Shown piece by piece: positions 38,241 through 52,000 of a stretch of DNA of 64,000 nt. The translations under genes and the position numbers were made by a program. Each line of letters opens with the position of its first letter. Positions within the stretch are counted from its first letter, which is position 1. The notes beneath the pieces are model-generated. The model saw only the letters and a program-made list of their open reading frames with translations. It was not told where the DNA came from and searched no databases. Where the stretch lies: assembly GCA_030704615.1 (NCBI GenBank), contig CM060734.1, positions 61,814,001 through 61,878,000 on the forward strand. The letters run 5' to 3'. The stretch is from Takakia lepidozioides. Its lineage: Eukaryota > Plantae > Bryophyta.

Positions 38241-41086
38241 TTATTGATTGCGATTAGCAAACCTTTGTGAGTGAGCACCTTTCTGACGTTGAGAGTTTCG
38301 TGGCGGACTGTGTGTACGAGCCCGAGATCTGTCTCTGTTTGACGGAGATGTTTGATCATTACCTGGATAAGTGAGGCCCTCTGGAGGCTGATATCGAGGT
38401 AGCCTTTCAGGCATAGGAGACCCCCGTCGCTTCTTATCTGCCATCTGAATTGTATAGTCTTCTCCCATGTCAAAAGAATTCGGTGAAGAAACAGTTGTAT
38501 CAGAATCCTCATCGCCTCTCAGGTGTTTTAATTTTCGAACTTTTTGTGGAATCCTCTGGGGCATACAATGCTGTCCTACCATGTCTGGAAGTTTATATTT
38601 TACAACTTGGTGTAACCGCTGAACAACAAAATTGGTGTAGACACTGAGCTCCTTGTCTGTCCAGGTGAGTGGGGTACCAATTACTGGTACAGCGTGCAAG
38701 TATTTCCATGCCACATGTCCCTTATAAAAAATATCATCAATGCCGAATTTCTGTGTTGACAAATTGTTCCAGGCCGCTTGAAACCATGAACGAATTTGAG
38801 AATCCTTTTGCATCATAACTTTTGCGTCATATAGGTACATATGAGGTGGCACCGAAGGTAATACCCAATGATCCCCACTGGAATAACTCAGAAAGCGTGC
38901 TTGCATCTTTTGTTGCTCAATGTGATAACGTACTAGAAAACAAGCAGCGTAGTATAACCCGCATCCCATGACAATACTTGCTACTTCCTTGGTCTTGGTA
39001 TAAATGAGTCCATGTACAACCTGGAAAGCAATCAATTCCCTCAACATGGTACCTGCCTCGTGCCAGTACTGTGCAAAGTGATGATCCTCAATTGGTCGAT
39101 TGTTCGGAAGAACTTTAGTCCTAGTTGCCACTGGCAGCCAAATGCGCATGATTTGGTAGTAATGTGCGCATGACTGCGGAGGACTAAATTCTTTCCAAGC
39201 CAAATCCAACATGATGGGATTTGGTTGAATGGCATAATCATAGCCCTACTGTACTCCCTTGCAGCTGGAGTTTTAGGTGGGTTAAAAGCAGCATTGCCCC
39301 ATACCTCAGGCTGTGGTGGTTGTGGTGTGGTTGTAGTAACAACAGGTTCAGCTACTGGTACAGTGACTTGTTGTGGTGTTGGTGGTACTGGCTCTTGTAT
39401 CATTGGCATCTCCTGCACCTCCTGTGAAGACTGAAAAGCCAAAGTTCTGGCTTGTAAATAAGAAGCCATTAGCTGTTCCTGAGGGATATAGACTCTTTTG
39501 TCGATGTTTGAAGTGAGGTCCTCCACTTGAGTCTGCAGTCCGTCTACATCCTCCTGTAACTTTGCTATCCTACTATAGACATTGTCTATAGTAGTTGTGG
39601 TAATGTTCTGCACTTGTAGTCTGAGCTCATTCATCTCGCTTTGGGTGAGCTTTCGTGGTGCTTTGCCCTCTACCGGCCCTTGTGCTAACCAGACCTGCAT
39701 AAGGCTGTTATCCACCAAGTTGCTTGTGGTTCCCTTGAGAGTTTGCTCCTCTCTTAGCTTGTACACTTCTAACTGCTGTTGTAAAGCCTCCATGCGCTTC
39801 GCATGAGGTTCAACCAAATTTGCATAAGCAGCAAGTAGATTATTAGCTTCCTTCCAAGCCTTGTTAGTGACCGTGATTTCATGTCTATTGGCCACGAGCG
39901 TTTGTTGCAACTCCAGGATGTACTTCTCTTGATCAGCTTCAACCTGCCTGTATTGCTTGAAAGTATCCTCATTGCGACAGATTGTATTCTTCATATCGAC
40001 AATGAGTTTCATTTGCTCAACATTCTCTTCTTCTGCCTTCGTACATTTTTCCGCTTTACTGTTTATTTCTTTGTAGATTGGTCAAGCATAGTTGTGAATG
40101 TAGCACATTGTATCGCCATCCTGTCATGCACTGTCTGCAACTCCGTATGTAGTGCATTCACTTCTTGCAACTTGCTTTCATGCTGCACCTGCATTTGGTA
40201 TAGCTGTTGCTTATGTGCTTCGTGCAACTGGTCTTGCGCGAGGCCTGCCTCAATCAATTGTTCCTTGGCCAATTGCAAAGCCGCTTTTGTATTTCCCAAG
40301 TCTTGCTGCATCTTGAGAGTGACCTCTTCATCGACCTTGTTTGCACACTCAGTGGCAAGTCGAGCTTCAAACTCCTTCCTGAGTTCCTCTCTCAAGGCTG
40401 TCAATTGGGTAGTTGGAACATGGGATTTGACATAAGTCCCCAACAAATTAAGTGTCCTGCCTATGGAACTCATCAGCATTGCCTATTGAGGGTCATCATG
40501 GTGACGTTGCTGCTGTTCCTCCTGATCCTCAACAGTGTGATGTCTCACAAACCACTCAGGCCATTGTCCCACCGGATTTTCTTCCTGAACCATTTCATCT
40601 ATCACCGGTGCTACAGTGTCATGAACTTCTGCCTGTGGTACCTCCGACACAGGTGTGCGTATTATATGCACCTCAGGATTTCCCTTGGGCAACTGTTGCA
40701 CCTCTGGAATCTCTGTCTCCTTGACCAGACCAGAATATTCATAGAGAAGGTCCCCCTTCTCCATTTCTGCCACTATCTGTTCTGTAGTTGGAATATCTAA
40801 CCCTTCTATTTCCAAATCAATTATTTCTGGTTGAGCTGCATGGACAACTTGTGACCTTGTGACAAGCCGATCAGCTGGCTGTGATGGTTGTGATACTGAA
40901 GTAACTTCCTCCTCCCTTTCTGAAGGTCCTGCTTCCAGTAATAGCATTTCTCTATGCTGCTGTGCCCTTTCCTGCACATGAGCTTGGGAAACATTATCAT
41001 GCGGAATCCGTGAAGCCAGTGGATCCGCCACTACAGTCTTTCCCCGTCTTTGCCTCTTAGTCTCGGGTTGCCCTGCTAGTCCACCC
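38241..41086 (-). pseudogene. 3' extra ORF of copy D, C-terminal portion
   Basis: ORFs 38241-39212, 39041-40012, 40063-40479, 40483-41031. Confidence 0.87.
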
Positions 41087-42001
41087 TGTTAGAGGACTGT
41101 AGGGGACTTAGACACTTATACGGGATCTGTAGGGAACCCTTAATTTTTGCACAGACTGAGACCAACAGGAGCCTTAGGGGTGACAGCAGCGCACTGTAGA
41201 GGGGGGGTTACACGGTCAACACAGCCCGTCACAGTCGTCACAGCCCACACAGCCAACACAGCCCGTCACAGTCGTCACAGCCCACACAGCCAACACAGCC
41301 AAACACAGTCGCACAGCCAGTCACAGCCCGTCACAGTTTCACACAGCCAGTCACAGCTTGACACAGCTGTCACGATCATAGGGAACGAAGAGTAGGACAG
41401 GGAACGACTGTGGGGAACAACACTTGCGAAGGGAACATGTTAGTTCACAGACGACGGTTAGTGAGGGAAACGGTTAGAACTGCGGATAGGAAGATAAATA
41501 GAAAAACGGGGAATTGAGGGGATCATTATTTCGGAGGAGGACTTCTTAGTCAGGTGGGAGCGGAGATCAGAGGAAAAAGCTGGAGAGCACGGTGAAGGAG
41601 GAAAGAGGATTAGTAGATGCTTGTTATATGCAAAGCGGTAGTGATATTGTAGAGCAGATTAGAGACATAATGGCTTCGGCCTGATACCTGATAAATCATA
41701 ATCTGATACTTACACGATACAATCACACTGTGTAGAGAGATCTGAGTGAAGCTGTGGATTGAATGGATGAGTGAAGAAAACCGATAGATTGATGAAGCAA
41801 ACTAATACTTAATTATCAATGGTAAGGTAGCTAAGATGAATGCGAAAAGGGAAACAAATAGGAAACACCCCCATGATACACTAGCTGTAGGTCATGACTG
41901 ATTGTTCTGCGCGGGCTGAGTACTTAGAGATTTCCAACTCTTCTATCTTGGAGTTTCCGCCTCGGATAGCGAAGGGATGGGTGAGTAAAAGCCGCGCGAC
42001 A
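41087..42001 (+). repeat. 5' LTR of copy E (915 bp)
   Basis: TGTTAGAGGACTGTAGGGG...GCCGCGCGACA. Confidence 0.97.
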
Positions 42002-42589
42002 TTTGGCGACCATACTGGGGACCTGGGACATGAACAACCAGATGTGACAGGCATCTGGTGGGATCATGGTGGTTGGACCATTAAAGAATTTGAAGTGAAT
42101 CAAATTCCCTGTGGAACAAAGGAAGAAAGATTGTCCAAACGATTCTTTCAAAGGTTCTTGGAATTGCCAGACGGTTGTAAAGAAAATATTCTTAAACGAG
42201 TGCATGATGCTGATCCAGAATGGGGTCTGGAGAAAGGAGTGATAAAGATTTATCAGGTAGCCTGTAGAGGAAGAGCATGTTGGTTACCAACATTGGTTTA
42301 TGTGATAGCATTGCTATCCATTAAACGAGTAGAGTTTGAAGGCTGGGAAGAAAGAAAGGTGAATGTTTATACTCATATGCATGAAGAGCTTGTACTGGTA
42401 AAGAATTGGATTCCAAAGGATATTTTGTGGATCAAACTCACACCAAGAACAGCTTTTCAGACTTGTTTGCCATATGGTTATATGGTAACGGAGACTTCAA
42501 GTATAGCCAAGGGTGCATTGAAGCTTGAAAGAAACCCAGGCATATACGAGAGATATTACAGAAGAGAGTTTTGGTTATTGCCACATTAA
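41894..42589 (+). CDS. 231-aa ORF upstream of gag, starting in the LTR and crossing the PBS (unknown function), copy E
   Basis: Intact ORF with ATG at 41894; conserved with copy B; stops 21 nt before the gag ATG. Confidence 0.7.
   Translation: MTDCSARAEYLEISNSSILEFPPRIAKGWVSKSRATFGDHTGDLGHEQPDVTGIWWDHGGWTIKEFEVNQIPCGTKEERLSKRFFQRFLELPDGCKENILKRVHDADPEWGLEKGVIKIYQVACRGRACWLPTLVYVIALLSIKRVEFEGWEERKVNVYTHMHEELVLVKNWIPKDILWIKLTPRTAFQTCLPYGYMVTETSSIAKGALKLERNPGIYERYYRREFWLLPH
42004..42021 (+). promoter_or_regulatory. Primer binding site of copy E (tRNA-Arg-like)
   Basis: TGGCGACCATACTGGGGA directly after LTR + TT. Confidence 0.87.
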
Positions 42590-42610
42590 AAGAAATGAAA
42601 GACATGGGAC

Positions 42611-45600
42611 ATGAGTGATGAAAGAGAAGCTAGACGACAGAGGTATTCAGCAAAAAGAGAAAGCTATCTGAAAGCTAATTATCCATATCTTTGGGAGAGA
42701 GGAATAGACATAGGAGAATCATCTGGACCTCTCACACCATCAAGATCAAAGAGTGCATCACCTATACCGGAAGAACTAGAGTGGGATGCCACTCCTTCTG
42801 TTTCTTTGCAAGAAAGATTAAGAGAATTGGTACAGGAAGAAGATCAATCACGAGGTGAAAGATCTGAGGTACATCCTTGGATAAAAGACTTGACAGAAAT
42901 CTTTGATAAGAGTTGGCATGGAACACCAAAAGCAGGAACTCCAGTTTCTGAAGCAGAAGATGAAGAAGGAGAAGAGGATGTGGCAGAGCCAACGGAGAGT
43001 TCAGACTCTCCAACACCATTACAGTTGAGTTACATGAGTGAAGAAGAAACCCAAGGGCAGAACTTGGAGGATGAAAACAGAGAGAAGAAATTAGAAGAAG
43101 AAGAATATGAAGAAGTAGACCCAACAGCTGAGGTTGAGACTACAACCAGGACATCCCAACCCGTTGGACCTGGATCAAGTGGAGCACTTGGATCACAGAC
43201 CAACGAAGGTGTCGGCTCAGGGGGATCAGGCGGGCTGCCTGGATCTGGCTCTGGGGGGACAGGGAGTGTGGGAAGTAGTGCAACTGAAGCTGGGAATACT
43301 GTGAATATCGTGGGACCAGAAGCAAGGAGTGCTCAAGGGCCACCACTTGGTGGAAGATCCACCACAAAAACAACAGGTCCAGAAGGACCAGCACCAGCAA
43401 GGGTGCCAGCACCTGTCAGTGGGCAGAAGGTAGGGCCACAGATGGCGTTACAACCAACACGGGCAAAACCACCCTTTCCAATATATTCAGGAAAAGGGGA
43501 TCCCGATGTACACATTAGCCAATTTGAGCACATGTGTATAGTGAACAATGAGAATGGCGATGATGCCAAAATGAGACTGTTTCCTTGTTCACTTATCAAG
43601 AAAGCAAGTGAATGGTATGCAAGATTCCCTGATAATCATTTCCTAACCTGGAATGGCTTGAATACAGCATTTCGAAATAGGTTCAGGACAAGTAAAACTG
43701 AGGATGAAGTGTATGGAAGTTTACAGCAGCTGAAGCAGAAGAAGCATGAAACTGTTGAAGAGTATATGGAGAAGATGGAATTGATGATGAAAAAACTGGC
43801 TGCAGTACCAGCGCCCCGGTTTACAGAAGACTTGGTTTGTGAGTGGATTAAGACCAGAGTTGCAAAAGAAAGTGGATATGTTACCCCATAACACAGTGGA
43901 GGAGGCATTTGAAACTGCGAACAGAATTGAGCAATTGGGAATGCTCAGGAGAGAGAAAAAAGAAGATGAGGACTCTGAGGATGAGTCAGATGAAGAAGAA
44001 GAGCAAGAACTAAAAAGAAAGAGTAAGAGAAAGGAAAAGTTGAAGAGGGATAACTATGAAAAAAAATTGGAAGAAAAATCTTGAAGAAGTATGCCACAGA
44101 GGCTGCAACACATTGGAGGAAGGGTGTATGGTGTGCAAAGTGCCAGAATGAAGGCCATACCACCACAGAATGCCACATGAAGGAGAAACACTGTACTATC
44201 TGTAAAATGGATAACCATTCTACTGAGAATTGTTACTACAACAGAAGGACAGCTGCAAGAGAACCTAGGCAAGTAAGGGTGCATCAGGTGCAGCCCCAGC
44301 CAAGAAGAAACAATGATCAGGACCACTATGGTAGGTCTGGTGGTTATAACAATGGCATGGAAGGGAGAGGTAATTCAAGGGGAATTACCAAGGAAATTCC
44401 AGAGGCAACTATCAAGGTAATCCAAGGGGGAATTACCAGCCCGGGAATCAGGATTATAGAAATAATCCAAGAACAGACCAAGGGCGAGGACCCAATGGTG
44501 AAGAGCTATGTTACTATTGTAATCAGCCAGGACATCGCAAGGCAGCCTGTTCATTCTGGATAAGACACCAGAATGAGATGAGAGCTCCTGTGAATGAGGG
44601 CCCAGTGGTGGCAGCTCACATGGTTAGGCCATGTGCTTGTACCAGAAGTAAGTACAATGATAGTAACAAGAAGTAAAGCCAAACTAATACCTCCAGTAGA
44701 AGAGGAAGAAGATGAGACTGGAAGTGGCAATGATATGCCTGAAGATGAAGAGACTTGGAAAGATGAGAAGGAACTGCACAAGGAAGTGGCAGATACTATA
44801 AGGGAAATGCAAAAGAGTACTGATATTCCTGTGGCAGATTCCTCTGATTCGGATGGAGAAAAAGAAGGGAGTGAGGAAGAAAGGAAAAAAAAAGATGCAG
44901 ACATGCAAAGTAATGAAGAGACTTTGGCTGCAGTAATATGTCAGACCAAAGCAGAAATTACCATTGGACAGCTATTAGCTGTGGCACCTTATTGTAGGCA
45001 CAGGCTGTATCAGGCAATCAATCGAATTGCCCAAGAGACAGGAAACACAGACCTGAACAGCAAGGTGACCAGTTATAATGTGAAGCCGGAAGGGCGAGAA
45101 CCAGTCATGGACTTTGATGATTCTATGCCAGTAATCCAATTGAGAATTGGAAGCACAGAACTAACTGATGTACTGATAGATGGTGGTTCTGGAGTAAATA
45201 TCATGACAGACCAATTAAGGAAGAAGCTTGGTCTAAGTAACATGAAACCAGCCCCATTTACAGTAACAATGGCAGATCAAAGAAGTGTGCAGCCATTGGG
45301 ATTAATAAGAGGAGTTAAGATACAGATACAAAAAATGATCTTTATGATCACAGTAACTGTATTAAAAATGGATGAAGTCATGGAGGCTTACTCCTTATTA
45401 TTGGGACGTCCGTGGCTGAAACAGGCCAGGGTATTCCATGACTGGAATTCTCAGTTATTAACCGTGCATAATGGGATACACGAGATACAAATTACCACAA
45501 AGAAATCTAGTAGATTACCTGCTACAAGAAGACCTCGAGGAGTCAGAGAGTATGACTGGAGAGGAGGACTGGATGAGGAGCAGGAAGCTACCCTATTTGC

Positions 45601-48600
45601 TGCACACCCAGAGTGGGAGCAGGTTGCGGAGATGCGGCTGGAAAGCCTAAGTTGTTTGAGAGGTATCTGCTGTGGTGTAGTGACAGCAACACCAACTGAA
45701 GAGGAAACTAGCATTTACCCATCACATTTCTATGAAGAGAGAGAAGGAGAAATAGAAATCCTAGAAGAACCAGCCACTGTGAGCTTACAGGATGAAGTGG
45801 TGACTGGTTGGACAATCACAGCTGATGAGCAGGTGAGAGAAGTAAATGTGGGAACTCAGGAGGAACCGAGGATGGTGAAAGTAGGAGCTGATTTGGAGCC
45901 GGAATTCTTCGAAGAAGCTAAAAGCTTGTTCATCAAATACAGAGATGTATTTGCTTGGAGCTATGAGGATCTAAAAGGGATACCACCTGAAGTCTGTCAG
46001 CATAAGATTGAACTGGAACCAGGGTCAGTACCAATCAAGCAGGCGAGGTATAGAATGAATCCCAACTACGCACAGAAGGTTGGAGAAGAGATAAAGAAGT
46101 TGGCTGAGGCTAAGTTTATATACCCAATAGAGTATACAACTTGGTTGTCACCCATTGTAATAGTTCCCAAGAAGAATGGCAAACTGAGAGTATGTGTGAA
46201 CTATAAGAAGCTGAATGCTTGTACGAAGAAGAAAGATCCTTTCCCTTTGCCATTCACAGAAGCAGTATTAGACACTGTGGCAGGCCATGAGATGTACTCA
46301 TTCATGGATGGCTTCAGTGGTTATAATCAAGTGCAAGTGGCAGAAGAAGACCAAGGGAAAACAGCTTTCATCACAGACTGGGGGGCTTATGCATACAAAG
46401 TCATGCCCTTTGGACTTTGTAATGCACCAGCGACCTTTCAGAGAGTGATAAGTGAATCTTTTCATGAGTATCTGGATGATTTCATGCAGGTATTCTTGGA
46501 TGATTTCAGTGTGTACAGCTCTAAGAGTGAGCACTTGCATAAATTGGAGTTATGTTTGGCCAGATGCAGGATGAGAGGTCTGGGCCTGAATCCAGAGAAG
46601 TGTACTTTCTGTGTGAACTCAGGGGTGCTTCTGGGACACATTGTGTGTAAGAAGGGACTCCTTGTGGATCCCAGGAAGACAGAGTCCATTAAAGCATCTC
46701 CACCCCCAGTGAATGTTAAAAGTCTACGAAGATTCCTTGGGCAAACCAGTTATTACAGAAGATTTGTCAAAAGGTATGCACAAATAGCAGCACCATTGAG
46801 CAAGCTTCTGAAGAAAGATGCAGTGTTTGCCTGGACAGCTGAATGTCAACAGGCGTTTGAGGAACTTACACTGTCAGTAACAACTACACCTGTGCTGATT
46901 AACCCCCACTGGCATGTAGTATTTCATGTTCACTGCGATGCATCAGGAGAAGCGTTGGGTGCGGTGTTAGCCCAGAATGTTACAGGGAATATAGATTCAC
47001 CTGTGTACTATGCTAGCCGGTTGATGAACAGTGCTGAGAGGAACTATAACAACGGAAAGAGAAGCATTGGCAATGATTTATGCAGTCAAGAAATTCAGGC
47101 ATTACCTATTGGGAAGAAAGTTTATGTTTTATGTGGATCACCAGGCTCTGATATATCTGGTGAACAAACCTTTGATAAGTGGAAGGATAGCGAGGTGGTT
47201 AATAATCTTGCATGAGTTTGAGTTCGAGGTTATTTACAAGCCTGGCCGTTTGCATCTTGTGGCAGATCATTTGTCAGGACTAACAACAGGAGAGGCCGCC
47301 ACAGGAGTGGACGATCAGTTACCTGATGCGAGTTTATTTGTAATGGAGGTGCAAGGAAGTGCAGATGAATGGTTAGATTGGCAGTGGCCAATCAGATACT
47401 ACCTTGCTCATGGTCAGTGCCCACCTAGTTATGGTAAGGAGCAGAGGAAGAGAATTGCTATCAAAGCTTTACCTTATACTATGGTAGGAAGCAGAATGTA
47501 TAAGTTAGGACCTGATGGAGTACTAAAACGATGCTTGTACCACCATGAAGTAAATAAAGTCTTGGAGGAAGTTCATAAAGGAGTGGCTGGAGGTCATTTT
47601 GGAGAAGAGACTACCAGTAGAAAGATACTACTCGCAGGATACTGGTGGCCTACTTTGTTCAAAGATGTACATGAGTATTGTCAGAAGTGTGATGAATGTC
47701 AGAGGCTAGGACCTTTGCAGAGATCTGGAAGGATGGCCTTGCATCCTACAATGCCTACGGAACCATTTCAGAAATGGGGACTAGACTTTGTTGGACCAAT
47801 TAATCCACCATCCAAGAATACACGAAACAGGTACATAATTACAGCCACTGATTATACTACAAAGTGGGTGGAAGCTAAAGCTTTGAGGGACAACACAGCC
47901 AAGTCCACAGCAAGGTTCCTGTACGAGAACATACTTACACGATTTGGCTGTCCCTTAGAATTTATCAGTGATCAAGGAAGTCACTTCATGAATGAGACCA
48001 TTGAGTTGTTGACTAAAGAGTTTATGATTGTGCATAGAAAGAGTACAACATATTACCCGCAGGGTAATGGGCAGGCAGAGGCTACCAACAAAATACTATG
48101 TACTATCTTGGCTAAGATAGTCAATGCAAACAGAACGGATTGGGATACAAAGCTGCTGACAGCTTTATGGTCATACAGGACTTCATATAAAGTCACCACT
48201 AAGTATACACCATTCCAATTAGTTTATGGTATGGAAGCCTTACTTCCAGTGGAATTCCTGTTACCTACCATGAGAACGGAGTGGGGAAAAAGAATGGAAT
48301 TGCAAGACTCCATCAAGGTCAGGAAACATGAATTATACCATGTGGAAGAAGTACGTGCTGATGCAGCTGATAATATGACCAGAATTCAGATGAAGCGAAA
48401 GGAACAGTTTGATGAAGGCAAGTTAAAGACTTTTAAGACGGGGGATTTGGTTCTATGGTTGCAGAAGAAAGGAAAGATTCAAGCTTCTAAGCTTAAATCA
48501 CCATGGAAAGGACCTTATGTCATACAAAAGATGTATGATAACAACACAACCATGTTACAAACCATTAACAAAGAAATGCTGGGAAGAGTCAATGCAAATA

Positions 48601-48878
48601 AGTTGAAGGGGTACAGTGGTATCCATGACAAACCCCTGCAGCATGATTTGCATGTTGAACCGCAAGAGCAGTCACGGGCTGCACCAGTGTTACGAACGGA
48701 GTATGGAACACTTGTCGCTAGGCCCAGTTATATGACCGGGGTGGGCAAAACAAACGTGACACAGCCTATCACAGCCCATCACGGCGTGACACAGCCTATC
48801 ACAGCCCATCACGACGTGACACAGCAACCACAGCCCAGCAAGGCGCAACACAGCCTACCACAGCCCGTCACGACGTGA
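42611..48878 (+). CDS. gag-pol polyprotein of copy E (Gag, 3 CCHC, PR, RT, RH, INT); a few small frameshifts
   Basis: ORFs 42611-43891, 44081-44563, 44594-47215, 47031-48878; LIDGGSG, VFLDDF, HCDASG, GHFG..CQKCDEC, WGLDFVGP, WKGPY. Confidence 0.95.
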
Positions 48879-49028
48879 CACAGCCAACCACAACCCAGCA
48901 AGGCGCAACACAGCCTATCACAACCTACCGCAGCGTGTCACAGCCTATCACAGCTTACCACAGTGCAACACAGCCTATCACAGCGTAACACAGTATGACA
49001 CAGCCTGTCACAGCTCAACACAGCCTAC
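48755..49028 (+). repeat. Internal CACAGCC(TAT) tandem array overlapping the pol stop, copy E
   Basis: GTGACACAGCCTATCACAGCCCATCACG x2, then degenerate units. Confidence 0.88.
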
Positions 49029-49085
49029 TAAAGTTACACCATCCATAGAATCAGTGGCAAGTGGACACATAATAACTTCAGGAAA

Positions 49086-52000
49086 ATGGATGACGGAAGA
49101 GAAAACGGAAATTACTTAAAAATAGACACGTGGAGGTCAGGGTGCGACACACAGCAGAGAATGAAGTGCAAGGACAGGTGTCAAAAAGAAAGAGGAAAAG
49201 AACGGCCGTCAAATGGGATGAAAGGCGGGCCCATTAATGAATACGGAAAAAGGGCGGCAAGTACAGAAAAGCCGAATTCTTGTCACATGTGTGATCCTAG
49301 TGGACTATCCAAGAGGGAAAGTCCACTAAAGAAGATAAAATTTAAAATCCAGTCACAGCGGATACAGCCAATAGAAAACCAGAGAAAGGATCAAGAAAAT
49401 GGAGAAAAATTGAGCGCAAGAGGCGGCGTCGTTCTGAGTAACGGGCGTCTCGACAGGACAGGCCATAAATGCTATAACTTGGAAACTATGGAGGAACTAA
49501 CAGACTATACGCTCGCAATATTACTTACGCAGTGGCATAGACACGAAAGGACAGAGCAGAGCTTTTCTCTTGAACAATGCTTGCAAGCCCCGCAGGCTTA
49601 CAAGAAATTACCCATAGCTTTCTGCGGCAACCATACGTTTATGCTTTGTGCACTACAGGCATTCCTGCAGTTGTTACAGCCAAAGCAGTTCTGTGAGTCT
49701 AAAATGAAGAGAGTGAGAGGAATGGAGGAAATCAGGGTGAAGAGCACCACAATTCTGCAGAAACAAACGATGGCTACCCCACAGGCGATAAAGATACTGG
49801 AGGAGCTGAGATTGGAAGGATTGCAAAGCCTGGATTGGACACTACACCATAGACAGTACATGTTACAATTTTTGCAGAACTTTGAGCCAAGGACAGGAAC
49901 AACAACGGTGAAGGGAGTTGAATTAATGATTACTCCCCTATACCTCCAGCAATTGTTTCAATTGCCAGCAGGTCAGGTGCATGTGGGGGAACACAGGGCA
50001 AGACTGCAAATAGGGGACTTATTCCAAGAAGGGAGTTTCTTTAAAACTCAGGGTTATGCTTGTACCAAAGCTGTGTACCCAGGGTTAAAAGAGATAGGCC
50101 AGGTATTGAACGTTCTGATTGCCCTGAAACAGAACCAACAATATTTGAGCAGATCCTTCACAGAGGAAATACTCAAAGGCCTGAAGGGACAAGAGGTACA
50201 ATGGGCGGACATAATGTACAACGCACTAGTAGAGGAGATGAAAAGATTACAAGGTACTACCGCAAAGTCTCCTATCATTGTGTCTGGCCCAATCATTGCT
50301 CAAATAATCCTTAATTCTGGCATACTTAATGCACAAGAAAGGAAGGAAATGGGAGTGTTTGAGCCAGAAACAACTGCAATGGAAGAGCAAGGCTCTTCAC
50401 ACAGTGAGGGTGGACTAGCAGCACAACCCGAGACTAAGAGGCAGAAAAGGGGAAAGACTGTAGTGGCGGATCCACTGGCTTCACGGATTCCGCATGATAA
50501 TGTTTCCCAAGCTCATGGCCAGGAAGGGGCACAGCAGCACAGACAAATGCTATTACTGGAAGCAGGACCTTCAGAGAGGGAGGAGGAAGTTACTTCTGCA
50601 TCACAGCCAACACAGCCACTTGAACGACTTGTCACAAGGTCACAAGTTATCCATGCAGCTCAACCCGAAATAATTGATTTGGAAAGTGAAGGGATAGATA
50701 TTCCAACTACAGAACAAATAGTGGCAGAAATAGAGAAAGGGGACCTTCTCTATGAATATTCTGGTCTGGTCAAGGAGACAGAAATTCCAGAGGTGCAACA
50801 GTTGCCCAAGGGAAATCCTGAGGTGCATATAATACACACACCTGTGTCGGAGGTACCACAGGCGGAAGGTCATGACACTGTAGCACCGGTGATAGATGAA
50901 GTAGTTCAGGAAGAAAATCCGGTGGGACAATGGCCTGAATGGTTAGTGAGACATCATACTGTTGAAGATCAGGAGGAACAGCAGCAACCTCACCATGATG
51001 ACCCTCAACAGGCAATGCTGATGAGTTTCATAGGCAGGACACTTAATTTGTTGGGGACTTATGTCAAATCCCATGTTCCAATTACCCAATTGACAGCCTT
51101 GAGAGAGGAAGGAGTTTGAGGCTCGACTAGCCACTGAGTGTGCAAACAAGGTCGATGAAGAGGTCACTCTCAAGATGAAGCAGGACTTGGGCAATACAGA
51201 AATAGCTTTGCAGTTGGCCAAGCAACAATTGATTGAGGCAGGCCTCGCACAAGACCAGTTGCACGAAGCACATAAGCAACAGCTATACCAAATGCAGGTG
51301 CAGCATGAAAGCAAGTTGCAAGAACTGAATGCACTACATACGGAGTTGCAGACAGTGCATAACAGGATGGCGATACAATGTGCTACATTTACAACTATGC
51401 TTGACCAATCAACAAAAGAAATAAACAGTCAAGCGGAAAAATGTACGAAGGCAGAGGAAGAGAATGTTGAGCAAATGAAGCTCATTGTCGATATGAAGAA
51501 TACAATCTGTCGCAATGAAGATACTTTCAAGCAATACAGGCAGATGGAAGCTGATCAAGAGAAACACATCGTGGAGTTGCAACAAATCATCGTGGCCAAT
51601 AGAAATGAAATCGCGGTCAGTAACAAGGCTTGGAAGGAAGCCAATATCTACTTGCTGCCTATGCGCAATTGGTTGAGCCACAGGCGAAGCGCATGGAGGC
51701 TTTACAACAGCAGTTGGAATTGTACAAGCTAAGAGAGGAGCAAACTCTCAGGGGAACCACAAGCAGCTTGGTGGATAACAGCCTTATGCAGGTCTGGTTA
51801 GCACAAGGGCCAGTAGAGGGCAAAGCCCCACGGAAAGCTCACCCAAAGCGAGATGAATGAGCTCAGGCTGCAGGTGCAGAACATTGCCACAACTACTATA
51901 GACAATGTCTATAGTAGGATAGCAGAGTTACAAGAGGATGTAGACGGACTCCAGACTCAAGTGGAAGACCTCACTTCAAACATCGACCAAAGAGTCTCTA

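Noticed and set aside
39881-40800. Recurrent antisense ORFs over gag, pol and the extra ORF
   Set aside because: Shadow frames of conserved coding sequence; they recur only because the copies are near-identical.
44380-44640. Programmed gag/pol frameshift
   Set aside because: Frame breaks fall at different bases in B, D and E; the consensus is continuous.
47031-48878. Chromovirus or Tat/Ogre assignment
   Set aside because: No chromodomain after the GPY motif and no additional archaeal-type RNase H visible; only the PBS and upstream ORF are Ogre-like.
48755-49028. CRISPR-like array
   Set aside because: Contiguous degenerate short repeats with no unique spacers and no cas genes; eukaryotic TE context.
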